DNA from: Candidatus Hydrogenedentota bacterium
Lineage (GTDB): Bacteria > Hydrogenedentota > Hydrogenedentia > Hydrogenedentales > SLHB01
Length of the DNA stretch: 64,000 bases
Reading direction: 5' to 3'
NCBI GenBank assembly: GCA_045863295.1
Contig: BTWA01000032.1
Location: 1-64,000, forward strand
Numbering within the stretch: the stretch's first letter is position 1; each line of letters begins with the position of its first letter. Below are positions 9,043 through 18,534 of the stretch, piece by piece. The position numbers and the translations under genes are program-made. The notes below the pieces were generated by a model that made no database searches, was not told the DNA's origin, and saw only the letters and a list, made by a program, of their open reading frames with translations.

Positions 9043-10236
9043 ATGGGTACGAAAACCGGAGGCGGGCACGTGCAGGAAGGCGAGAAGGCGATGTCAGTCT
9101 TTGAGCGGTATCTTACGGTGTGGGTTGGGTTGTGCATTGCCGGGGGCATCGTGCTGGGCAAGGTTGCGCCGAACCTGGCGAAAACACTGGATGGAATGTC
9201 GGTGACGGTGGATGGCGCTCCCGTGGTCTCCATTCCAATCGCGGTCTGTCTCTTCTTCATGATGTATCCGATCATGGTGAAAATCGATTTTGCGGAGGTG
9301 GTGAAGGCAGGGAAGAGCTTTCGGCCGGTGTTGCTGACGCTGGTGGTGAACTGGGCCATCAAGCCGTTTACGATGTATGCCATTTCGCTGCTGTTTCTAG
9401 GTGTGCTGTTTCGCGGTTTCATCGGGGCGGATGCCGTGGATCTGGTCAAGATGCCGATGGGCCTGGATTTGGCTGAAGGCGCGACACACGGCGCCGGCAC
9501 GGTGGTGCTGGTGGACGGCGTGAAGATGTTGCAGGTGCCCTTGTGGCGCAGCTATCTGGCGGGATGCATTCTGCTGGGCGTCGCGCCGTGCACGGCGATG
9601 GTGCTGGTGTGGGGCTATCTGGCCAAAGGGAATGACGGCCACACGCTTGTCATGGTGGCGATTAATTCACTGACCATGCTCTTGCTTTACGGCGTGTTGG
9701 GCGGATTCCTGCTGGGGGTCGGAAGACTGCCGGTACCTTGGCAAGCGCTTTTGTTGTCCATCGCGATCTATGTTGCATTGCCCCTTGTCGCGGGTTACCT
9801 CTCTCGACGATGGATTATCGCCGCGAAAGGGGAAGCCTGGTTCAAGGAACGCTTTCTCCATGTCTTAACGCCGATCACCATTGTCGCGTTGCTGACCACT
9901 TTGGTGTTGCTCTTTTCATTCAAAGGCGAAGTTATTCTGGGCAATCCGTTGACGATACTTTGGATTGCCGTTCCCTTGTTTCTGCAGACCGTGTTGATAT
10001 TTGCACTGGGGTATGTGGCGGCCCGCGTTCTACGGTTTTCCTACGAAGACGCAGCACCTTCGGCGTTGATTGGGGCGTCAAACCATTTTGAAGTGGCTAT
10101 TGCCACGGCGGTGATGCTATTTGGTTTGTCGAGCGGGGCCGCGCTGGCGACCGTGGTGGGGGTATTAATTGAAGTTCCGGTGATGTTGATGCTGGTGAAG
10201 GTGTGCCAAAGGACAGAGGGTTGGTTTGTGCGATGA
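9043..10236 (+). CDS. acr3: ACR3 family arsenite efflux transporter
   Basis: [56 protein letters not shown]. Start is 9043 or 9091. Confidence 0.95.
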   Translation: MGTKTGGGHVQEGEKAMSVFERYLTVWVGLCIAGGIVLGKVAPNLAKTLDGMSVTVDGAPVVSIPIAVCLFFMMYPIMVKIDFAEVVKAGKSFRPVLLTLVVNWAIKPFTMYAISLLFLGVLFRGFIGADAVDLVKMPMGLDLAEGATHGAGTVVLVDGVKMLQVPLWRSYLAGCILLGVAPCTAMVLVWGYLAKGNDGHTLVMVAINSLTMLLLYGVLGGFLLGVGRLPVPWQALLLSIAIYVALPLVAGYLSRRWIIAAKGEAWFKERFLHVLTPITIVALLTTLVLLFSFKGEVILGNPLTILWIAVPLFLQTVLIFALGYVAARVLRFSYEDAAPSALIGASNHFEVAIATAVMLFGLSSGAALATVVGVLIEVPVMLMLVKVCQRTEGWFVR

Positions 10237-10407
10237 ACAAGGCCAATGGGACGGAGGGGCAGAAGGGGCAGAATTTTGAGAAGGGTTCTTAGTCACTGGT
10301 CGCGTCGTGGGCTGTTATTGGGACCGCGGAGGCGCAATTCGAAGCATTCTGCGCACGATTTTGCCCTAGTCCGGCGTGATCCGAGGACTGAATGACCCTT
10401 TGGCAAA

Positions 10408-10728
10408 ATGGACCTGATGCGGAAAGATGATCTCATGTCGATCTGGATTCTGACACGGAAGCCCATGACCAATGGGCGGTGGTGGATATCGGTCAGCTTT
10501 CCCATGCTGATCCTTGTTGCGGCGATTTCGATTCTAACGGGGTATCTGATGCCCTACTTCGGCCCGAATCCTTGGCGCGCGGCTGTCGGGTCGCTCATAC
10601 TGGGTACCGGGCTTCTCACAGTTGGCATGTGGCGGCTGAGGGGCCGCGTCTATTTTACCTGGTTTGGGGTTGTCCTTTTCACCTTGGGTCTAATGCTTGT
10701 CCTGACCGCTGCCATTCGGGCGTTCTAA
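10408..10728 (+). CDS. Small hypothetical membrane protein (about 3 TM)
   Basis: Three hydrophobic segments fill the intergenic gap. Start is uncertain (10408, 10435 or 10465). Confidence 0.5.
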   Translation: MDLMRKDDLMSIWILTRKPMTNGRWWISVSFPMLILVAAISILTGYLMPYFGPNPWRAAVGSLILGTGLLTVGMWRLRGRVYFTWFGVVLFTLGLMLVLTAAIRAF

Positions 10729-10848
10729 ACGGATATCTTTGGCCGATTTATCGTACTTTTCCAGTGCTTTTGGCCTGCCCGAACACACCCGCACACTCAT
10801 GGTTATCATCAGATTTGCAACAAGCCGATATTTATTAATAAGAAACTC

Positions 10849-10893
10849 TTGATTTATATACTAAACATAGGTACTATTACTAAATAGTTCGGT
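10849..10893 (+). promoter_or_regulatory. Putative promoter of the DUF1559-hmu operon
   Basis: TTGATT (10849-10854), 17 bp, TACTAT (10872-10877) in an AT-rich patch with repeated TACTAAA. Confidence 0.5.
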
Positions 10894-11021
10894 CTGTTAT
10901 GTGGAGAAAACTTTAGGGAATAGTCGCTACAAAAAACGAGCCTGCTGACTCTTCCGTCTTCGCGAACCGTCAAATTCTTCGAAGCCGGTTTGCCAGCAGG
11001 CCCGCTATGGGAGACACGAAA

Positions 11022-11990
11022 ATGAAGAAGCGCGGGTTCACGCTGATTGAACTGTTGGTTGTAATCGCGATTATAGGCATTTTGGCGGCCATTCTGCTAC
11101 CGGCCTTGGCGCGGGCGCGGGAAGCGGCGCGGCGAGCGAGTTGTCAGAATAATCTGAAACAGTGGGGGTTGGTGTTCAAGATGTACGCCAACGAAGCCCC
11201 AAATGCTTCCTTTCCGAATTTCCAGGCGTCTTGGGAACCCATTGTCAACTGCAGCACGGGAGCCATCGTGCAGCCGGGCGCGCCCTTTGCGGGTGCTCCG
11301 ACCCACTGGCTGAATCCGTACATGCGCGCGGTGTATCCGGATTATTTGACCGATCCGGCGATTGTGCTGTGTCCTTCCAATGCATCCCTCGACGAAGAGG
11401 ACCTTCAAAACCCCACGACGGGCGAATGGGAAGCGCACAAGGTGTGCTTTGCGCCGATCCCGGGACCTCCGTTTGGTCAGTTCGATTCCGACCGGGGATT
11501 GGCGTTGTTGGCGGACAACTACTGGTATACGGGCTACCTGTACGACCGGGTGGGCGAAACGGATCCGCAAGCGCCGATATCTATCTTGGAAAGTGCCTCG
11601 ACGGAGACCGGATCGGCCCAGTTGATCTGGGGCATGACCATGGCCATCGGCAACTTCTTCGGGGGCAGCGTGGGCAACGACATCAACCTGAGCAGCGTAG
11701 CGCCGGGGATGGGAAATTCCGGCAGCAACACGATCTACCGGTTGCGTGAAGGGATCGAACGGTTCCTGCTCACGAATATCAACAGTCCCGCGAGCGGCAC
11801 GGCCTCGCAGAGTGCCGTTTTTGTCATGGGCGATCGGCTAAGTACTTATCCCAAGGAGTTCAACCACATTCCCGGCGGCGCCAACGTGTTGTTCATGGAC
11901 GGTCATGTGTCCTTTATCCGTCTCCATGACAAGGCGCCCGTGGTTCCGGGCGTGGCCAAAGTGTTTGGCGAACTTTCAATACACGGATGA
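11022..11990 (+). CDS. Prepilin-type N-terminal cleavage/methylation protein, DUF1559, with H-X9-DG-type C-terminus
   Basis: [82 protein letters not shown]. Confidence 0.92.
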   Translation: MKKRGFTLIELLVVIAIIGILAAILLPALARAREAARRASCQNNLKQWGLVFKMYANEAPNASFPNFQASWEPIVNCSTGAIVQPGAPFAGAPTHWLNPYMRAVYPDYLTDPAIVLCPSNASLDEEDLQNPTTGEWEAHKVCFAPIPGPPFGQFDSDRGLALLADNYWYTGYLYDRVGETDPQAPISILESASTETGSAQLIWGMTMAIGNFFGGSVGNDINLSSVAPGMGNSGSNTIYRLREGIERFLLTNINSPASGTASQSAVFVMGDRLSTYPKEFNHIPGGANVLFMDGHVSFIRLHDKAPVVPGVAKVFGELSIHG

Positions 11991-12904
11991 CCAGAATGAA
12001 GACAGTTTTATCGACGTTCAGAAACGTCCAATGGATTGCGATCGTTGTCCTGTTGGCGTCCGCAATACCGGTCGCCCGTGGTGCGGAGCCTCCCCGCATC
12101 GTGAGCACGGATGGAACCACTACGGAAACCCTGTTTGCGTTGGGCGCGGGCGAATACGTGGTTGCGCGTGATTCGGGTTCGTTGTATCCGGCCGAGGCCG
12201 CGAAACTGCCGGATATTGGTACGGGCCATCAGTTGAACGCGGAAGCGATCATCGCGCAGAAGCCCACGTTGATCATCGGGAAAGACCGCGACATGAGCAA
12301 GCCGGGGTTTCAGATTCTGGAATCCACGGGTGCGGAAGTCGTGCGTCTTTCCGCGGACGCGAGCGTGGATGCGGCCAAGGAAAACATTCGTGCCGTGGCC
12401 AAGCTGGTGGGGAAAGAGGCCGAAGGCGAGACGCTCGTCAAGACGATAGACGACGATTTGGCCGCGCTGGCAAAGCACATGGAAGGCTTGGGCGACGTGC
12501 CGAAACCCCGGGTGTTGATGTTGTACCTTCGTCCGGGTACGGCGTTGCTTCTGGGCAATGACAGCAATGCGGCCGCGATGGCGAAATTGGCGGGCGCCAA
12601 TTACGCGCTTTCGGTGAAGGGGTATCGCAACCTAAACCCCGAAGCGCTCGTTGCCGCGCAGCCTGACGTCTATCTTTGCTTTACTTCCGGCCTTGATGCG
12701 GTGGGAGGGGTCGATGCGTTCCTGGAGCAACCGGGTATCGCGGAGACTCCGGGCGGCAAGTCCAAGCGGGTTATTGCCATGGACGATTTGTTGTTGGGTG
12801 GATTCGGTCCGCGCTTGGGCAAAGCGGCATTGGAGTTGTTCGATGCGTTGCACCATAAGCAGGGTGTATATGTGGCGAAACATGACCACACCCCGGGAAC
12901 GTGA
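11987..12904 (+). CDS. hmuT: Hemin ABC transporter periplasmic binding protein
   Basis: Signal peptide, [17 protein letters not shown]...[19 protein letters not shown]. Operon context with hmuUVS. Confidence 0.85.
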   Translation: MTRMKTVLSTFRNVQWIAIVVLLASAIPVARGAEPPRIVSTDGTTTETLFALGAGEYVVARDSGSLYPAEAAKLPDIGTGHQLNAEAIIAQKPTLIIGKDRDMSKPGFQILESTGAEVVRLSADASVDAAKENIRAVAKLVGKEAEGETLVKTIDDDLAALAKHMEGLGDVPKPRVLMLYLRPGTALLLGNDSNAAAMAKLAGANYALSVKGYRNLNPEALVAAQPDVYLCFTSGLDAVGGVDAFLEQPGIAETPGGKSKRVIAMDDLLLGGFGPRLGKAALELFDALHHKQGVYVAKHDHTPGT

Positions 12905-12907
12905 CCG

Positions 12908-13918
12908 GTGAGTCACTCTCGCTATCGCACTGCGCTCATTGCGTTGGGTGTGGCTTTGCCGGTGGTGTTACTTATATCCGCCGGTTTGGGCGCTTACTTT
13001 GTCGCGCCGTGGGATATTCCTCGGGTGCTTGCCGGGTCTCACGACGAGGCGGCCTTTCGCGTGCTTGCGTACATTCGATTTCCGCGTGTGGTGTTGAGCG
13101 CGCTCGTAGGCGCGGCGCTTGCGGTGGCCGGTGCGGGAATGCAAGGCCTGTTCCGCAATCCCCTCGCCGACCCGCAGTTGGTCGGCGTGACCGGCGGTGC
13201 GGCAGCGGGCGCTTCCATCAGTATCGTGTTTTTTGGCGCGGCGGGTCTTGGGTTGTGGACCGTGCCCGTGGCCGCTTTCCTGGGAAGCTGTCTGGCGGTG
13301 ACGGTCGTGTTGAAGATTGCGCAACTTTCCGGGACCGGCCGGACCGCGACGTTGTTGTTGACGGGTATCGCGGTTAATGCAATTGCTTTTGCCTGCATCG
13401 GTCTGATGATCACGTATGCCAACGATCAACAGTTGCGCGACATCACGTTCTGGCAGTTGGGCGGTTTCAGTCATTCCACGTGGCCGCTTGTCCTTGCGTC
13501 GGCCGTGTTCATGGCGGTGGGCATCGTGGTCCTGTTGCGGCTGGGGTCATCGTTAAACGCGTTGGCGTTGGGCGATCGCGAGGCGTTTCATCTGGGCATT
13601 TCGCTGCCGAGTGTGCAACGGAGATTGGTGGTTGCGTCCGCGCTGGTAGTGGGCGCCGCGGTGAGTGCCGCGGGCAGCATCGGCTTTGTCGGGCTGATCA
13701 CGCCCCACATGTTGCGTCTCACAATGGGCGCGGATCACCGGTGGCTGCTGCCGGCCTCGGCGCTGGGCGGCGCAATTCTGCTGACGTTGGCGGATTTGGC
13801 GGCCCGTACGATTGCCATGCCGACGGAGATTCCCGTGGGAATCATCACGGCGATCGCGGGCGGACCGTTCTTTATCTGGTTGATTCTGCGTAACGGGAGG
13901 AGGCATAGCCATGCTTGA
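12908..13918 (+). CDS. hmuU: Hemin ABC transporter permease (FecCD family)
   Basis: IRFPRV, QGLFRNPLADP, LGDREAFHLG, GSIGFVGLITPH, EIPVGIITA. Confidence 0.92.
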   Translation: MSHSRYRTALIALGVALPVVLLISAGLGAYFVAPWDIPRVLAGSHDEAAFRVLAYIRFPRVVLSALVGAALAVAGAGMQGLFRNPLADPQLVGVTGGAAAGASISIVFFGAAGLGLWTVPVAAFLGSCLAVTVVLKIAQLSGTGRTATLLLTGIAVNAIAFACIGLMITYANDQQLRDITFWQLGGFSHSTWPLVLASAVFMAVGIVVLLRLGSSLNALALGDREAFHLGISLPSVQRRLVVASALVVGAAVSAAGSIGFVGLITPHMLRLTMGADHRWLLPASALGGAILLTLADLAARTIAMPTEIPVGIITAIAGGPFFIWLILRNGRRHSHA

Positions 13919-14756
13919 GGCCGTCCAAACAGGGTATCGGGCGCACAACGGGCAATGGCTGCTGCGCCGTGTATCGCTTTCCGTCCAGCCTGGCAGGTTT
14001 TACGCGATTGCCGGAGCCAACGGCGCGGGTAAGACCACCCTGCTTCGGCTGTTGTGCGGCGAGATGCCTCCAAGCGAAGGCTGCGTCACTTGGCAGGGCC
14101 GTTCGGTCGCAACGATCTCCGCACGTCAGATGGCGCGCACGCGGGCATGCCTGGGGCAGAACCACGAAGGACAGTTTCCTTTTACCGCGTATGAAGTGGC
14201 CCTGATGGGCCGTACGCCGCATTTGCAGGGGGCGTACGAATCGGCCGAGGACCATGCCATCGTGCGGGCTGTGATGGACGAAACCGATGTGTCCGCGCTG
14301 GCGAACCGGCACTATCCCACGTTGTCGGGCGGCGAGGCAACGCGCACGCACGTGGCTCGCATTCTGGCACAGGACACGGCGGTCGTCCTCTTGGACGAGC
14401 CGACCAATCACCTCGATTTACGTCGGCAGGTGGAGACCCTTTCCATGTTCAGGCGCAAGACCGCCCAGTCAGGGATGGCGGTGGTGGCCGTGCTGCATGA
14501 TTTGAATCTGGCATCCCTGTATGCGGATGAATTGCTGGTGTTGCAGAAGGGCGTGACGGTGACGCAGGGCGCGCCGCGCGATGTGCTGACGCCGGAATTG
14601 GTCCGCGATGCGTTTGGCCTGCAATGCGTTGTCTGGCAGCATCCGTCGGGATGCCCTTGGGTGGTGCCAGTGCATGACGTGTCTTTACTGTCTGAAACCG
14701 TAGACCTTGCGATGCGCGATACTGCGCACGCTGTTTTGGAGGAGAGCCTGCGATGA
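13911..14756 (+). CDS. hmuV: Hemin ABC transporter ATP-binding protein
   Basis: GANGAGKTT, LSGGE, LLDEPTNHLD, VLHDLNLA. Confidence 0.9.
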   Translation: MLEAVQTGYRAHNGQWLLRRVSLSVQPGRFYAIAGANGAGKTTLLRLLCGEMPPSEGCVTWQGRSVATISARQMARTRACLGQNHEGQFPFTAYEVALMGRTPHLQGAYESAEDHAIVRAVMDETDVSALANRHYPTLSGGEATRTHVARILAQDTAVVLLDEPTNHLDLRRQVETLSMFRRKTAQSGMAVVAVLHDLNLASLYADELLVLQKGVTVTQGAPRDVLTPELVRDAFGLQCVVWQHPSGCPWVVPVHDVSLLSETVDLAMRDTAHAVLEESLR

Positions 14757-15814
14757 CCCCAGAATCGGCTACCTTGGATCGCGTGGAAGAACTGAAAGCG
14801 CGCTGGACCGCGTATCGAGACTCGCAGAAGCGCGCAAATATGTACGACGCCGCGGAACAGTTCGGTGTAAGCGAGGCGGAACTCCTGGCAACTGGCACGG
14901 GCGACACCGTAACGCGATTGCGTCCGGAGTGGGGGGAGATTCTCGGCGGCCTGGAGGCCTGCGGCCACGTGATGACACTGACGCGCAACCGTTATGCCGT
15001 GCACGAGAAGCACGGGGTATATGCGCCCTACACGCACGGCGCGCATGCTTCGCTTGTTGTGAGCGAGGCCATCGACCTTCGCATATTCACGACGAAGTGG
15101 TTGTACGGATTCGCCGTGAACAACCCGTTGGGAAAGGCGTACAAGCTCAGTTTTCAGTTTTTTGACGCGCAAGGCGATTCCGTGCACAAGGTGTTTGTGC
15201 CTGATAGCGCTGCCGAAGCGTTTGAGGCCTTGCGAAATCAGTTCCTGCACGACGATCAATCGCCGGCGCTTTCGGGAGTGCAGCGGCCGGCAGCGTTTCA
15301 GGTGCCGCAAGAGAATGCGGATGCGGCTGCACTGCGCGAGGCTTGGGGCGCGATGAAAGACACGCACGACTTCTTCGGAATGCTCAAGAAGGTGAAATAC
15401 GATCGCCTGCCGGCGCTGAAGCATGTGGGCGCTGTATTTGCCGAACGTCTGAGCACGACGGCTTACCGCGACGCCATGGAGTCCGCGTCGGCGTCAGGCA
15501 TGCCGATCATGATCTTCGTGGGCAACACCGGGTGCATTCAGATTCACACGGGTCCGGTGAAACGGCTTGTGGCCATGGACGAATGGTACAACGTGCTGGA
15601 CGAGGATTTTAACCTGCACCTGCGCACCGGCGGCGTGGCGGAGACGTGGCTTGTGCGCAAGCCGACCACCGACGGCATGGTGACCTCCGTCGAACTGTAC
15701 GACGCGGACGGCAAAGAGATCGGACTGATTTTCGGCAAGCGTAAGCCGGGGATTCCCGAACTGAGTGAATGGCGGCAACTGGCGGAATCGCTGCCGCGTT
15801 GGGCAGGCAACTAG
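14753..15814 (+). CDS. hmuS: HemS/HmuS/ChuS heme degradation/trafficking protein
   Basis: GVSEAELL, LTRNRYAVHEKHG, IDLRIF, QFFDAQGDSVHKVF, DTHDFFGML, FVGNTGCIQIHTG, FGKRKPG. Confidence 0.93.
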   Translation: MTPESATLDRVEELKARWTAYRDSQKRANMYDAAEQFGVSEAELLATGTGDTVTRLRPEWGEILGGLEACGHVMTLTRNRYAVHEKHGVYAPYTHGAHASLVVSEAIDLRIFTTKWLYGFAVNNPLGKAYKLSFQFFDAQGDSVHKVFVPDSAAEAFEALRNQFLHDDQSPALSGVQRPAAFQVPQENADAAALREAWGAMKDTHDFFGMLKKVKYDRLPALKHVGAVFAERLSTTAYRDAMESASASGMPIMIFVGNTGCIQIHTGPVKRLVAMDEWYNVLDEDFNLHLRTGGVAETWLVRKPTTDGMVTSVELYDADGKEIGLIFGKRKPGIPELSEWRQLAESLPRWAGN

Positions 15815-15837
15815 GGCTATTTAATCAAACCCAGCAC

Positions 15838-15883
15838 AACGGCGTCTCTGGTTTGCTCCGGCGGATTGGGGGCGCCGTTTCTT
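15838..15883. terminator. Hairpin between convergent hmuS and transporter genes
   Basis: AACGGCGTCTC (15838-15848) pairs with GGGGCGCCGTT (15869-15879), followed by TCTT. Confidence 0.55.
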
Positions 15884-15891
15884 GATCTACT

Positions 15892-17109
15892 TCACACGGC
15901 CGCGCGAATCGCAATCCACGCAGCGGCGATGGCCAACGTCGCGATGGTGACGGGCACGCCAATGCGGGCGTGATCCCGCCATGTGATGGGAATGCCCTGC
16001 CGCGCCGCTTGCTCGACTACGATGATGTTTGCAATGCTGCCGACGATGAAGAGATTTCCTGCGAGCGTACTCGCCAGCGTGAGGATGATACCCGCCATTT
16101 CGTGCGTGGCCGCGGGGAGCAGCAGCATGGTGGCCGGCACGTTTGACACGAGGTTCGACAAGACCACGGTAATGCCAAACAGCCACGCGGGATGCTCGAT
16201 GTCCATGCCCATACCTGCCAGTCTTGCCATCCCGACCGCCAGCAAGCCCGTTTCCTGCAAGGCCGCGTTCACCACGAAGAGTCCCGCGAACAACACGAGC
16301 AAGTGCCAATCGATTTCGCCAATCATCTGTCGCGAATGCATCTTCCGGCTCAACAACAGAATCCCTGCGCCGCCGAGCGCGAGCACTTCGCGCGGTGCGG
16401 GGACGAACAGGAATCCGGCCACCAGTAGCAGCAGGACTACGATTCCCTTGCCCGTTTGCCAGCCATTGAACGGGGGTGGTTCGACATGGGAGGGCGCCGA
16501 ATCGCCCCGCCATCGCCCACGGGAGAGCACTGCGATAATTGCCCACGAGATCGCTAAACCCGCAGCCGTGGGCAGGGCCGCCTCGAGCATGTAGCCGCCA
16601 AAAGGAAGGTTGAGGCTTTGGCCGATGAGCATGTTTTGCGGGTTGCCGATCAGTGTGGCGGCGGAGCCGATGTTGGTGGCGCAGGCGAGAGCGATGAGAA
16701 AGGGTTTGGGATCCAGCTTTCTCCGGGCGCAGCCCTCGGCCAGCAGCGGCGCCATGGCCAGACAAATAATGTCGTTGGTTAGAAAAGCCGAGAGCGTCGC
16801 GGACACCGCCATTACGAGCGCGAGTAATGTGGGTGGCGTGACCTCGGCAGCGGCCACCTTGCGCGTGATAGCGGCATAAAAACCACCCAACCGGAATTGC
16901 GCCGACACAATCATCAATCCGAAGAGCAGGCCCATGGTAGGCACGTCCATCACAGCAAGGGCATGCTCCGGGGCGACGACTCCGGCCGCCATGAGGACGA
17001 TGGCGCCCAACAGCGCGACTCCGGTGCGATCCAGGGCCAAACCGGGGTATTTCCCGGCGATCATGCCGAGATAGACCAGGGCAAAGACGATCAGGGTCAC
17101 GGTGTGCAT
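15892..17109 (-). CDS. ArsB/NhaD/CitMHS (IT superfamily) anion transporter
   Basis: LDRTGVALLGA, LTNDIICL, ATNIGSAATLIGNPQN, SNLVSNVPA, STLAGNLFIVGSIANIIV. Start moved to 17109. Confidence 0.88.
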   Translation of the reverse strand: MHTVTLIVFALVYLGMIAGKYPGLALDRTGVALLGAIVLMAAGVVAPEHALAVMDVPTMGLLFGLMIVSAQFRLGGFYAAITRKVAAAEVTPPTLLALVMAVSATLSAFLTNDIICLAMAPLLAEGCARRKLDPKPFLIALACATNIGSAATLIGNPQNMLIGQSLNLPFGGYMLEAALPTAAGLAISWAIIAVLSRGRWRGDSAPSHVEPPPFNGWQTGKGIVVLLLLVAGFLFVPAPREVLALGGAGILLLSRKMHSRQMIGEIDWHLLVLFAGLFVVNAALQETGLLAVGMARLAGMGMDIEHPAWLFGITVVLSNLVSNVPATMLLLPAATHEMAGIILTLASTLAGNLFIVGSIANIIVVEQAARQGIPITWRDHARIGVPVTIATLAIAAAWIAIRAAV

Positions 17110-17175
17110 GTGGGCGCGGATTCTACGGTTATGGACTGACGGGTGCAAGAATAACCGGCCATTGCGCCTTGGGGG

Positions 17176-17215
17176 TTGACACGGACGACAAATTGTATTA
17201 AAGTCTTAATACAAT
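17176..17215 (+). promoter_or_regulatory. Promoter and YtrA-type GntR operator
   Basis: TTGACA (17176-17181), 17 bp, TAAAGT (17199-17204). Perfect palindrome ATTGTATTAA-AGTC-TTAATACAAT at 17192-17215. Confidence 0.85.
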
Positions 17216-17232
17216 CTTTGGACGGCAACACC

Positions 17233-17631
17233 ATGAACATTCATATCAGCCCGCAAAGCGGGGTACCCATCTATCTTCAAATCGTCAATCAGGTCAAATA
17301 CCTGGTGGCGTCCAACCGGTTGTCTCCCGGCGATGAGTTGCCGCCGATTCGAACGCTTGCGGAGGGTCTCCTAGTCAACCCGAACACGGTCGCGCGTGCG
17401 TACCGCGAACTCGAAGTGGCGGGCATCCTCAATAAGCGCCAGGGTGCAGGCACGTATGTCTCTGGCAACGGGTCTCCCCTGGCGCGCCGGGAACGCATTC
17501 GGATTCTTTCCGACCGCATTGACGCGCTGCTGGCGGAGGCGCGCCAGATGGATGTGCCGGTTACGGAAATCAAGACGTTGATCGATCAGCGCCACGACGC
17601 TCTGAACACAGGGAAAGAGGGGACACCATGA
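17233..17631 (+). CDS. GntR family regulator, YtrA subfamily
   Basis: PIYLQIVNQVK...LPPIRTLA...VNPNTVARAYRELE...GAGTYV with a short C-terminal domain. Confidence 0.93.
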   Translation: MNIHISPQSGVPIYLQIVNQVKYLVASNRLSPGDELPPIRTLAEGLLVNPNTVARAYRELEVAGILNKRQGAGTYVSGNGSPLARRERIRILSDRIDALLAEARQMDVPVTEIKTLIDQRHDALNTGKEGTP

Positions 17632-18530
17632 GCGAGACTCCAGTTATTGTCGCGGAAAAACTTACCCGGCTGTACGGCAAGAAGCTGGCGTTGGATGCGG
17701 TGGACATTGTCGTGCCGGAGGGGTGCGTGTTTGGCTTGGTGGGAGAGAATGGCGCGGGAAAGACGACGTTTATCAAGCATTGTCTTGGTTTGCTGAAGCC
17801 GCACGGCGGGTCAATCCGCGTGTTTGGCCTGGATCCCGTTCAGACGCCGGAGAAGGTGCTGGCGGGGATTGGGTATTTGTCCGAAGATCACGATTTGCCG
17901 AATTGGATGCGCGTGGGCGAGTTGATGCGGTACATGCAGGCGTTCTACCCGAAATGGGACGAGAAATACGCGGAGGAATTGCGCGACTGGTTCGATCTCG
18001 ATCCGCGCGCCAAAGTACGCACGTTGAGCCGGGGGCAGCGGGCGAAAGCGGGGTTGCTGGTGGCGTTGGCGCACCGGCCGCCGCTGTTGTTGTTGGACGA
18101 GCCTTCGTCGGGACTGGATGCCGTGGTGCGGCGCGACATTCTGGGCGCGATCGTGCGGACGGTGGCGGAAGAGGGACGCACGGTGGTGTTCTCCTCGCAT
18201 TTGCTCGATGAAGTGGAGCGCGTGGCCGATCGCGTGGTGATGATTTCGGGCGGCAAGGCCGTCTTGTCGGACAAGCTGGATGATCTGAAGGAGCGGCACC
18301 GTGCCATCACCTTGCGTTTTCCGGAGGCGGTGAAAGCGCCGCCGTCGTGGACCGGCGCGCTGGGTTGGAGCGGTCACGGCCGCGACTGGACGGTGGTGTG
18401 CGATGGAGCGCTGGATTCCGTGAAGGCACAGGCGGTATCCGCGGGTGCGGAGGTTGTTAGCGAGTCGGTGCCATCGTTGGAAGACATATTTGTTGCGCGC
18501 GCGGGCCGTAAAGCGCGTACGGAGGAGTGA
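17628..18530 (+). CDS. ABC transporter ATP-binding protein (YtrB-like)
   Basis: GENGAGKTT, LSRGQ, LLLDEPSSGLD, FSSHLLDEVE, PSLEDIF. ATGA overlap with the GntR gene. Confidence 0.93.
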   Translation: MSETPVIVAEKLTRLYGKKLALDAVDIVVPEGCVFGLVGENGAGKTTFIKHCLGLLKPHGGSIRVFGLDPVQTPEKVLAGIGYLSEDHDLPNWMRVGELMRYMQAFYPKWDEKYAEELRDWFDLDPRAKVRTLSRGQRAKAGLLVALAHRPPLLLLDEPSSGLDAVVRRDILGAIVRTVAEEGRTVVFSSHLLDEVERVADRVVMISGGKAVLSDKLDDLKERHRAITLRFPEAVKAPPSWTGALGWSGHGRDWTVVCDGALDSVKAQAVSAGAEVVSESVPSLEDIFVARAGRKARTEE

Positions 18531-18534
18531 GGCG

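Noticed and set aside
10900..11005. Cobalamin riboswitch (AGGGAA and GAAGCC fragments) before an ABC importer
   Set aside because: No GCCACTG, GGGAAG or AGACCTGCC B12-box core, and hmuS points to heme rather than B12.
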